Origin: Lama guanicoe
Taxonomy: Eukaryota
Length of the DNA: 64,000 bases
Assembly: GCA_013239625.1 (NCBI GenBank)
Contig: MU053472.1
Coordinates: 1,302,001 to 1,366,000, forward strand
Reading direction: 5' to 3'
The notes beneath the pieces are model-generated. The model saw only the letters and a program-made list of their open reading frames with translations. It did not search any database and was not told the origin of the DNA. The position numbers and the translations under genes were made by a program. Positions 54,084-64,000 of the stretch are shown piece by piece. Each line of letters begins with the position of its first letter. Position 1 is the stretch's first letter.

Positions 54084-56252
54084 CTAATAAAAGTGGGTGT
54101 TAAGGGAAGGCCTTCATCTTTGAATAGATGGGTCTTCTAACAAATAGGTCTCTGACTATAACAGTAAATACCATAAAGCTAGTTTTATCAGGCTTTTATG
54201 TCAGTAATTAACTATCCACCTCTAACCTCTAAGAGTTATCACCAGAAAAAATGGAAAGAGGTGGAGGTGCGTGGCTCAATTTAAACACAAATATTATGAA
54301 GCCCAAAAGGTAAAAGCAAAAGTATAAACATGCCCTGAAAAGAGAAGCCATGCTTTCTGGATACAGTATCACTCTCAGCACCACTATCAAACCACCAATT
54401 TTTAATTTATAAATAAAATCTCTCTACCTCTGCAGCTGTTTTAACACTGGAGCTTCTAATCTAAACTCTCAGCATTAATCTCTAGTGCTCCAAAAACAGA
54501 TTTTCTACAGTCACACCAAGAATAATAACCACTTTCCTAACTTTTCCTGTGGCCTATCATAAAATCAAGTGCTGAAAATCTTCCCCTTCTCCTGAGAAAA
54601 CACCCGGCTATTGGGTGGTCACCACATTCCCAACTTTAAATGACCTATACATCTGTCTGAATGCTGTCACTCTGAAATCTCACTAGCCAAGCACAAAGAC
54701 AAACAATGAACAAGAAAAAACAACAACAACAGCTGTTCAGTTTGGTAAATGAGGCCATTAACTATCAAGTGATGTCACCTCATTCTGCTCATCCCCCCCA
54801 AACCCAGGGTTCATTGGTGTATTTATCTCCTCTTTGTCACTGACACTCCATATGGAGTGTCAAACTGGAGATTATGAAGAACACCACCTTTGTAACTTCT
54901 TAGGTGACTACATATAAGCAGACTAATTTAAAACGGCCTTGTTTTTCTCCTTTACATACAATAGCAGCTGGCTAGGTATACTTGCAAAAGGCTTGACCCA
55001 AACCTACCATTCTACACTAATGCTAGTTGAGTTCACTGGTAAATTTAGCAAATTTAGATGAAGGCAAATTAGTGCTTTCGTAAGAGAGAACAGTGCATCC
55101 TAGAAGGTATCAACTGTGAAATTCAATTTTCACTTATACAATGTTATACTAAACTAGTTAACATCACATCATAGGTAATATAAAGCTAATGAAATTATAA
55201 TAGTAATACTATAAAACTTGGAGAATAAAATCTTGGTTGGAGGGTCAATGTTTTAGAGCATTTTAGAGTTGGTGGATAAGCAAAATGAAAAGTACTGGAA
55301 TCTTCAACTATTACATGCTTAATTATCCCACAAGCAAACACAACCTTTAAGTGACTAGGAAATTAAATTCTTTAGCATACAATTATTGAACACATGCTGT
55401 GAAATGAGTACAGTGGTAGGGCACTTCCAGGCCACCAAGTACAAACACACTGCATTCCTATAGTATTTCCTTCTATAGGACTGTAGCACTTAATATACAA
55501 TGTTAATCACTTATAAATTATGCACATATATTCTATTTTAAAAATGTTATGTCCACTATCAAACATACACAAAATAGAACTTTAAACAGAAGTTCTTATA
55601 TTTTATTCCCATCTATAAAAAGTCATTCATCTTTCTTCCTTCAATGTCTAAGTCATAGCTAGTACTCAGTAAAAATTTGCTGAATGTATGAGCAAAGAGA
55701 CACTCTAAAGTGTGAATCCACAACATAACTTTTTGACATCACTCAGATATTTAGTCTAACATAAGTGCCAAACTCTACTAGAAAAAAAAGGGGGATTAGA
55801 ATAAATTTACCCACTGTATTTTATTACTACAATTTAAAAGCTAAGGACAATTTTAACTCAGCAAATACTTACTAAAAAAAAAAAAAAAAACCAAAAAAAA
55901 ACCCCCACAAATGCCTTATAATTCTGTATCCAGAATGCTGCAAGAAAGGAAGAGAGGAGCAGGAGGAAAGAATTAAAGAACTGGAGAAGATTTTTAAGGT
56001 TTCTTGAGAGTTCTGAAATTCTCTAAACTACAACTCCTTTCATTCAATGTTCCAAGCATTTAGAATACATTGCTAGGAATACACAAGCCACAAACTTAGA
56101 TGCAACAAAGAAATGAAGTAAAAACTTAAAGACCTTAGCTGCTAAAATTGTCAGTACCCATGAAGTACAGTAGGTAGGTATACTTTAGAAAATACATGCA
56201 ATCTAAACCAGAGTCAAGCAAGGCTTGTGTTCTACTCAAGGTATTTAAGATA

Positions 56253-56255
<3 letters not shown>

Positions 56256-56286
<31 letters not shown>
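56256..56286. repeat. (TG)15 microsatellite
   Basis: Read directly from the sequence. Confidence 0.95.
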
Positions 56287-56289
<3 letters not shown>

Positions 56290-58878
56290 CCTCCCTTAAA
56301 AAAATGTCAGGGTGTATTTTAAGGAAACTATTTATGCTTGTATAACCGACATACAGTCTAGCAAAACCAATCTTTCTAATTTCTAGAGCATCTGAATGTA
56401 GATGGGAAGTCACTTAGACTACCCTCTCACTCAGGTCCAGTGTTATCTGTCATTAACACTGCATTTCCAAGGCCCCATTTTGCAAGATAAACTGCTGTAA
56501 TTCTACGTTTGTAGGCAGTAATGTATGCTTGACTTTTTTTTTTTTTAATACTACCTAATTATGGTTAGGCATTATTTTGTGCTCAATAATTTTAAGTAAA
56601 GCCAAGGGGGTAGGTATTTCAGTAGTTTGTCAAGCTTGTTTTTTACTTGTACAATGACTAATATAATATGCATTGTGTATTTGGCCAATTCTCTCCCACT
56701 CCCCATTCACCTTATACAAAACAAGCAGGCAGGTAAGAGTAACAGATGGAAGTTTTGGTGTCTATTTAGATTATTCATGTTCCCCCCTCCAAAAAGTTCT
56801 CAAACCACTTTTTAGCTCTATCAAAAGCTTTATAAATTCTTTTTATAAACTTACTAAAAGAAATTCTATATTAAACTCTGACATCTACTAAATAGTACCA
56901 TGTTCAAAAGAATTGCCCACTTTAAAAAAAAAAAAGCTCCTGGTTTACATTTTAAAAAGCTATTTTATCAACTTGCTTATCTATCTTGCCTTGATTTTCT
57001 TCTGCAGCAAAACTGATAAAACATAAATTCAAACAACAGCTAAATAAGGTTTTAATATTTTGCTACCTCTTCAAATATATTTGAAAATTCAACAAGCAGA
57101 CATTTCCTAACAAATTGAACAAAGATCTTCAGTCAAGTCACCTAATCAGTTTAAAAGACACTAACTGTTAATTTCCTTTATATTTACAAACGCAGAATCT
57201 GTTTGATATGAGACAAAGCAGGCTAGAGTTGGATAAAAGTTTCATTTCAGAATTCCTTAATGCCGGCTATATCACCCTCTCAAACTTTAGAAACTAAACA
57301 CCTGTGAACCCTGAAGCTGTAAATCAGTTTGACTGATCTCCTCTTTCATGCCATGTAAGCCATTGCCTAATTGAGGCCAGACCTGTCAGGCTCAACAGCA
57401 TCCCGGAAATGACTGGCCTACTAGAGCTGGAAACACATCAAGAATTTGGAATATTTCTCATTTTGAAGCAAGGAAAAAAGTTCAAGTGAGATTGTCCATA
57501 AAAACAATCAGTATACTGTTCCACAGGAAAAAAAAAAAAGAAAGACCTAAAAAGCATATTTTTGCTATTCTGGTCAGTCCACAAAAATACATCTAAATAC
57601 TGTATCTATTTTCAGGTGATGGTCCACTGAACTTATCCCTTTCCTCCCTACATATGAACAAGAGTTCACTACTAAACTCATTTTGAATGCCTGTCTTGCA
57701 ATTAATTTTTTATTTTATATCCTTAGTTACTAATACCATCACCTGGATAATGGCTGGTTTCTTAACTTAGAAACCTGTCAACAATAACGCCTAGCACCTA
57801 AGCTGCTTAATGTTTTCCACTTCTTACGAAGAAAAGCCATTAAATGCCAAAAAGAAATATAAGTACACCTAGACACAGACAGACACACACACACAAACAC
57901 ACACTCAAATCCCAGTCATGAAAAATTAAGCCACATTCCGGCCATAAACTGTGCAACAGACACTTCCAGTTAGCGTGTGCTTTAGTGATCATGGACAGCG
58001 GTATTGGAGTAAGTGGTAGGGGGTTGGGGCTGTTAACATACTGTGCATCAGAGCCAATAAGCAGCTGGCTAGGACTGCCAGCAAGGCCGGTCTCTAAAGG
58101 GAGCTATAACACAATATCAGAATGCTGGATTTCCGAAAGCCATTTTATGGCGAGGGAGGGGGTGAGAACTGTGGATCAAGTGCAATGAAAGGCTCTGACC
58201 AACGTCTGAAGAGATGAGACAGAAGATGAGGTCTTGTGGCAACACCAGCTGTCCAGTCTCATCTCATCGCAAACATAACTCAATTTCAGGTCGTTCTTAT
58301 CAGTCAGCCGCTCAAAGGGTGAGTGGGTGGTGACAGCCCCACGAGACTGGCAAAGGCCCTCGGGAAAGGCAGAGACTCCACAATCGGAAGGGGTTTCTAC
58401 CAGCAAAGAGAGGGCTTTGCAGCCGCCTCCCCTCTCCCTTCCAGCCAGGGCGAGGTGCGAGGTTAGGATGTCGCTGGGGCGGCGGAGGGGGGGGGGTTGT
58501 GAAGGAGTGATAGGAAAAAATGGCAGTAAAGGATGAGGGGGCCTGGAAGGGCTGGTGCCACCCAAGAAAAGGGGGAGAGGAGGACTTCCCTGGACACATC
58601 CAGGACAACAACGCCACCAGAAAGCACAGGCAGTGCCGTGCCGGCGCCTGACACCCATCTCCCTGGGAAAGCTTCCCCCCCTTTCAAAAGGTCCCAGTCC
58701 CCAAACACTGCTCCCACCCGACCCTTCTCCGCCACAGTATCCCCATCGCTGGCCTCCTTTCCCTTCCGCCTCAGGCGCCCCACGCCCTCCAGCTCCCCTC
58801 CCCTCCCTGGGTCACCCACCCTCTGGGCAGCCCGTGGCCGGCCTCCCCGGCAGCTCGCCCAGACCCCTCCCCCCTCAC

Positions 58879-58936
58879 CTCTCCTCAGCGCCTCCTCGTA
58901 GCTGAGGAATCCGATCCGTGACTCCTTGGCGCCCAT
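58879..58936 (-). CDS. USP32: USP32 coding exon 1 (ubiquitin-specific peptidase 32), 58 nt, phase-1 end
   Basis: Minus strand reads AGC-ATG GGC GCC AAG GAG TCA...AGG AGA G|GTGAGG = MGAKESRIGFLSYEEALRR, the USP32 N-terminus. Strong Kozak context (A-3, G+4); GT donor at 58878-58877. Confidence 0.97.
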
Positions 58937-58947
58937 GCTCCCCTCAT
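58885..58947 (-). other. Out-of-frame uORF overlapping the USP32 start (MRGAWAPRSHGSDSSATRRR*)
   Basis: ATG 11 nt upstream of the main ATG; stop TGA inside exon 1. Confidence 0.6.
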
Positions 58948-59057
58948 CCCCTCGGCCGGGGGTTGGAGCCCACTCTCGCCCCCACCCCCCTCCCGCCTTC
59001 TCCTCGGCGTCCCTGGGTGACGGTGTCGGCGTCCCCCGGCCCCCTCCTCCCCCCACA

Positions 59058-59114
59058 CTAACAAGTGCGGCTTCTGCCCCGGCGGCTCCTCCCGGCCACC
59101 GCCACCGCCTCCAT
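59058..59114 (-). other. Upstream ORF, 18 aa (MEAVAVAGRSRRGRSRTC*)
   Basis: GGC-ATG-G context at 59114, TAG at 59060-59058. Functional only if the TSS lies upstream of 59114. Confidence 0.55.
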
Positions 59115-59974
59115 GCCGAATCACGTGACCCGCTCCCACTCCGCCCCCTTCCCCTCCCTCTTACTCCGCCCTTCTCTCTCCTCCTCCCCTCCCTTCCCTC
59201 CTCACGCCTTCTTCCCTCCCCCTCCCTCCTGTCTGCCCCGCCGAGGGTCACCTGACCCGAGGCCGGGGATTGTTCCGGGTAATGGCCGCCCGGGGCCACC
59301 CACACCGCCCCGCCCCACGCTCGCCGCGCGCAGGGGCGTAGGGGCGGGGCTAGACCTCGAGCGTAATACATCATCCCCAGCTTCCCGCCAATCCGGGGCC
59401 GCGAAGCCTAGGCGCCTCCGCCCTCCTGGGGACAGCGACTTCCGGGGCGCCCGAGGCCGTCCCTCCCGCCCAGGGGTTCTGGCGCTCTCCGGGCGGGACG
59501 GGAGCCCTTGACAGTTGGTCTGGCCGTGGTCCCAACCCATCTTGAAAGAGAAATGGAATCTTAGGGAGCCAGGGTCCGAGGGGTGCGGTTCGTGAGGGAA
59601 AAGAGCAGGCAGTCGAGGCATTCCTATCGTTAAGGGCATATTTGAGTGGGAGGGAGTTGTGAAAGGAAAGGAGAGTCTCGAGGATTTCTTTTGATGAGCG
59701 TATTCTTAATGCTAGTGGGGAGATTCTTAAGGAAAGTGAATCCGGTGATAGAGTTTAGAGTGTCTTCCTTTGCACGTTACCCCGTTTCCTCCGCGCCAGT
59801 AGACTGTAGATTTCCTTTCACATGCGCAGACCCAACTGCCCATGGGCACATCTCCGCCTCTGAGCCTGCCTCTTGGACAGTCTGGAAGCTGCTCTGCAAA
59901 GACGTAGCTTGATTACCTCCAAAGGTTGCTCCTAACCCGAAATGTGAGGGTTACAAGACCGATACCGTAGTTCC

Positions 59975-60312
59975 TTACTTTTTTTTAAGTTGTGATAAAA
60001 TAAACAATTGGCCATTCTAACCATTTTTAAATAGCTCAAGAGTATTTCTATACAGTTTCTCCTTTCGTGGCTGGCTTATTTCACTTAGCATAATGTCCTC
60101 AAGTTTTATCCATGTTGCAGCACAATATCAGAATTTCCCACATTTACTATATGATGCAGCAATACCACTTGTGAGTAAATACCCAAAGGAATTAAAAGCA
60201 CGGACATGAATGGATATGTATAGGCCAGTGTTTGTAGAGCATTATTATTCACAATAGCCAAAAGGTAGAAGCAACTCAGGTGTCCACAACGGACAGATAA
60301 TAAATAAAATAT
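59975..60312. mobile_element. L1 3' fragment with internal inversion
   Basis: Minus piece (atttcacttagcataatgtcctcaag) abuts a plus piece (atgatgcagcaataccactt...caatagccaaaaggtagaagcaac) at ~60140. Confidence 0.78.
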
Positions 60313-62029
60313 GTCTGCTGTTCAATTTCTTGCTTTTCACTCTGTTCAGTTTGCTTTTCTTAATCTTCACCCTGAAAGACTGAAAGTCACAGCATAAAGC
60401 TTCTGGATAAGGAAACACGTCCATTTGTTTGAAAAATAACCATTTGGATTAGATAAGACTCAAGGTGCCACTGAGCTAATTCAGTGCCAGCAAAAGGATT
60501 TTACTTCCTAAAGCCGACAGGTTATAATATGCCCTGCTAGAGAGAGAAGGTAATAACTCTTTCTCTACTTATCTTTCCTGGCAGACCAGATCAGCAGCGT
60601 GGCATTAGTCACTTTGCTGCCCTTTCCAGTTCACTGTGAGGTAGTTAATTTTAAGACCTCAGATTAGTTTCATTACTAAAAGGCCATGAGTAAGGGGGTT
60701 GGGAATGTACTTCAAAGCCTTTAATTTCCAGGTGATTAATTCAACATAGACATAAGTCTCTGGACAAAACAATTCAGTCATCTTCAGCCTGCAGTTAGAT
60801 TATCCTAATTAATGGGAAGTGAATCTTAAAAAAAAGGCTCAGCTGTGGGAGAGAAGACCCTCAAGAGTTTAATTGCAAGATACCTTGGCATTATTACTGT
60901 CCTAAATCATTCAGTACCTACAGGTGACTTGTACAAAGAACAGAACTGAGTGATTTATCTACCCATCTGATTTACAGTAGAATTGGAAGTAAATTGTTTT
61001 ATCTTTGTAGTACTTTCCCTACTTGAAAGGTAGGATTGGATTGGAATTAATCAATCTCATGAAATAGTAAATTATTACAAAATACTCAGGAAAGAATAGA
61101 ATATAAACTGTATAATGAAAGATTTAGAGCAGTACTAATACACAGAAACTTCTAAAATTTCCTCCTTGGTTTCAGGCCCTGCTTCCCATATGGCCATAAA
61201 AGATTTCACCCTGTCACAGAGTTTACCATGGATTAAATACTTCTCAGAATTTATGGGTTGAGATAGGAGAGTAGGAAATACTATTTCTTCCTTGCCTGAG
61301 TTAAATTAAGCATATTATTGAAGGCAGTGAAGCAAATAGTTATGTCTAATGGGAATTTTAAATGTTAAGCTGGGATTAAAACTTGCCTTTTGGTTTGTAT
61401 TACACAGTTATCAGGCAGTCATATGTTAAACATCCCTCCATAACTTAAAATTGATACAGTACTTAAGTTTGATGATGTAGAAAATCTAAAGTCTACCTGT
61501 CATGCTTAAAGGAATTCTATTAACCATTTAGTTTATTCAGTTTCATTATATTTCACTTATTCCACTGAAGAGTTGGCCAGCCACCCGACTTTAAGCATTA
61601 GGTTGTACTTGGGGAACCATTGCTTTAACTATAATTACACACCTGTGAAAGAGTGGTTCATTCAAAGATTTAAAGCATGGGAGATTGGTATGTAATTTCT
61701 GCTTCCAATTGGGCAATCTAAATAACAGTGTTCCTCAGTTTATAGTCCCAGAGAAATGACATAGGAATAGGATAGAGTTATATTAGTACTTGCCAAAGAA
61801 GCTTAGGTCATAGAAAGGGAGGTCAATACAATAAAGAAGGGGTGGAACAGCACCTGACGTGTATAACTTGATTACCACAAAGTGAGGCCAACTGTGCATG
61901 AAGTATGACTATATAATAAAAGAAATGCTTTTCCAGAAATAGGGACTTGTTACCTTATGTTGACACAATATGAGGTTTGGTCACTTGTATTATATTTTTA
62001 TTTAAAGCACGTTAAGCTATTTTTTAATG

Positions 62030-62660
62030 AAAATAGTACTAGCCACTGTAAAAAGTTTTTTTCATCAGTACAAAAGTGTATATAAAGCAAAAAGTCACAC
62101 TTCTTGCTTCATCCACTCTCGTTCCCTAGAAGTATGTATCTTTCCAGTTTTCTGTGACTACACCCACTGTATCTGTCATGAATATAAGGTATGCATCTCT
62201 ACTCCCTTTATTTCTACACATATTTTTCATAGTCTATATTACTGATTTGCAGTTTCTTTTTTCACTGGATGGTATATTCCAAACTGCTTTTCTCTTTTTT
62301 TTTTTTTCCAAACTGCTTTTCATGTCAGCATGTAGATCTTATTCTTTTTAACAGATGCACAATATGCCAGTTTTGTGTATTGTATAATAAATCAATTACC
62401 TATTGAGGACATTAGATTGTTTCTAGTGTTTCAAATTACACTGTTGCAGTAAACATCCTAGTACATATATCCTTCTTTATATATATATGAGTGTATCTGT
62501 AGATGGAATTTCCAGAAGCGGGATTGCAGAATCTGAGAGTATGCACCTTTTAAGTTTTAACAGATATTGCCAAATTGCCTGCCTAAAAAGTTGGATCAAT
62601 TTACATTCTAATCAAGATTATCTGAGAGAGCCAGTTTCCCCTCACCTTTGCTAACAATTT
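62030..62660 (-). mobile_element. Old L1 3' fragment
   Basis: ggacattagattgtttctagtg...cagatattgccaaattgcc...caatttacattc. Confidence 0.75.
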
Positions 62661-63824
62661 AAGCTAATTTTTGTTATTATCCTTTACCTGTTAAAAGTCC
62701 TACCAACAAGGAATTGAATCTCTGCTCTTCTAAATATGAAATTCATTTGCATTTTAAACCTGGAGAAAATATTGAAGAATGACCAAAGAGGTGTCATTCT
62801 CTAATCAGCAATTAGATATGTTTCTCCTTTCCATTTATTGTTCTTAAAAAAGCGGCTAAAATTAGCAAAATTTCAACAGGGCCCATCTCCTAAGAGCCTC
62901 TGTCACACAACATACCTAAGCTAAAACTAAAAAGGGGAAAGAAGTAACACATTCAGAGTGAGGGCCTTTAATTAAACCTACTTTAGAAGTTTTCTTCTGT
63001 CTTACCACAATCCATGCTTGGCAAGCAATTTATATATACTACCCACTAAGCCTGTGAGTAAACATTTACTCTTTATTGCCCTCCTTCACCCCACCTGCAA
63101 TGAAGTTATATTTGTGTCTCTTTTAAATTAATAGTTCAAAAATGTTAGGGAATGGGTCTTAGGGACAGTACAACTAGGAGTGCTTTTCCTTGTGAGCTCC
63201 TGAAAAATCAAGCAGCTTCTTTGTAGTCCTCTTCTGATCTCTTATTCCTTCTACTGTGGCCACTCCATTGCTCTCTGAGGCCAGTCTTTTCCAGCAAAAT
63301 AGAAACGACAAGAATAAGCACATTATTGAACTCTAATCAGCAATTAAAACATAGAATAATACAGAATCCAGCTCTGAACAGATAGGATATACCTTCCTTC
63401 AGTTTCTAGGCTCTAAATAGCTTTGTCAAGTCATCCAAAGTCCAGCTTATCATTCTAATATGGTATCTGAGAAATGTCAAATGTACCTTTGACTGTGATT
63501 TCTTCTTTTAGTAGATGAGAGGTTTAAATTCAATCAGGCTTTTTCCAGTTCTTCAATTCTATTATTATCTCTTGAAATATACATCCTCTTGCCAGCTCAA
63601 ATCTGTTTTTGTTTGGTTTTTTTATCGAAGTATAGTCAGTTTACAATGTTGTGTCAATTTCTATGTACAGCATAATAGTTCAGTCATCAAATCTGTTTTT
63701 ATTTTTAGTTCAGGCTGAGTTTTTTCCTCACCTGAATATTAATGTAATGTTTCTATTCTGTTTTCCACCTTTTACAGGTCTGCTGTTTGTCTAATATCTT
63801 GAGGATTCCTTTTAATCAAAAACT

Positions 63825-63935
63825 ATCATTTTGATGGGGAAGCTATGCATATGTGAGGATAGGGGGCACATGGGAAATCTCCATACTTCTGTGCAGTTTT
63901 GCTGTGAACCTAAAACTGCTAAAAAAAAAAAAATC
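63825..63935 (+). mobile_element. L1 3' terminus
   Basis: atgggaaatctccatacttctgtgcagttttgctgtgaacctaaaactgct + poly-A. Confidence 0.8.
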
Positions 63936-64000
63936 TGATAATCAAAAATTCTGATGCAGAGACATGCCTGCCTACATATAGGTATTTAATAGCTAGCAAC

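Larger units (their letters stand above)
15892..58878 (-). other. USP32: USP32 intron 1 (42,987 bp, GT-AG)
   Basis: Lies between the donor at 58878 and the acceptor at 15892. Confidence 0.93.
58300..59650. promoter_or_regulatory. CpG island / USP32 promoter and 5'UTR
   Basis: GC- and CpG-rich island in an AT-rich background. GC box GGGGCGGGGC 59341-59350, CCAAT 59388-59392, E2F-like TTCCCGCC 59382-59389, ETS-like ACTTCCGG 59438-59445, E-box TCACGTGAC 59121-59129. Confidence 0.92.

Noticed and set aside
58463..59374. 303-aa ORF as a single-exon protein
   Set aside because: Only 19 codons are USP32 exon 1; the rest is GC-rich UTR/promoter and read-through past a clear GT donor.
58176..59912. 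Cluster of overlapping Pro/Arg/Gly-rich ORFs on both strands
   Set aside because: Expected from stop-codon scarcity in a CpG island; no recognisable product.
1..64000. CRISPR arrays or prokaryotic systems
   Set aside because: The sequence is mammalian; no repeat-spacer arrays are present.

Overview
Mammalian genomic DNA, almost certainly camelid (three copies of a tRNA-derived SINE resembling vic-1). The window holds the 5' end of USP32 on the minus strand: CpG-island promoter (~58.3-59.65 kb), coding exon 1 (58936-58879, MGAKESRIGFLSYEEALRR), a 42,987-bp intron 1, exon 2 (15891-15764, VTDVELKRLKDAFKRTCGLSYYMGQHCFIREVLGDGVPPKVAE) and the first ~15.8 kb of intron 2. No exon 3 was seen. Introns are mostly L1, L2, MIR, MLT/ERV LTRs, Tigger/hAT MITEs and SINEs. 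The most unexpected signal is in the non-repetitive stretches of intron 1 (~57.4, 54.0, 52.7, 48.8, 47.7, 35.7, 34.3, 33.8 and 27.9 kb). Translated by eye on the minus strand through stops and frameshifts, they repeatedly give Tudor-domain-like motifs in the right order (G-x-LC..., W-x-R, V-x-F-x-D-[YH]-G, F-xx-LP-x-A), and several are bounded by AG/GT splice signals. I read this as the decayed relic of a multi-Tudor (TDRD1/6/15-like) gene nested in USP32 intron 1. This is an inference that needs HMM/tblastn confirmation. TE family names are from recall, and their boundaries are approximate unless TSDs/TIRs are quoted.
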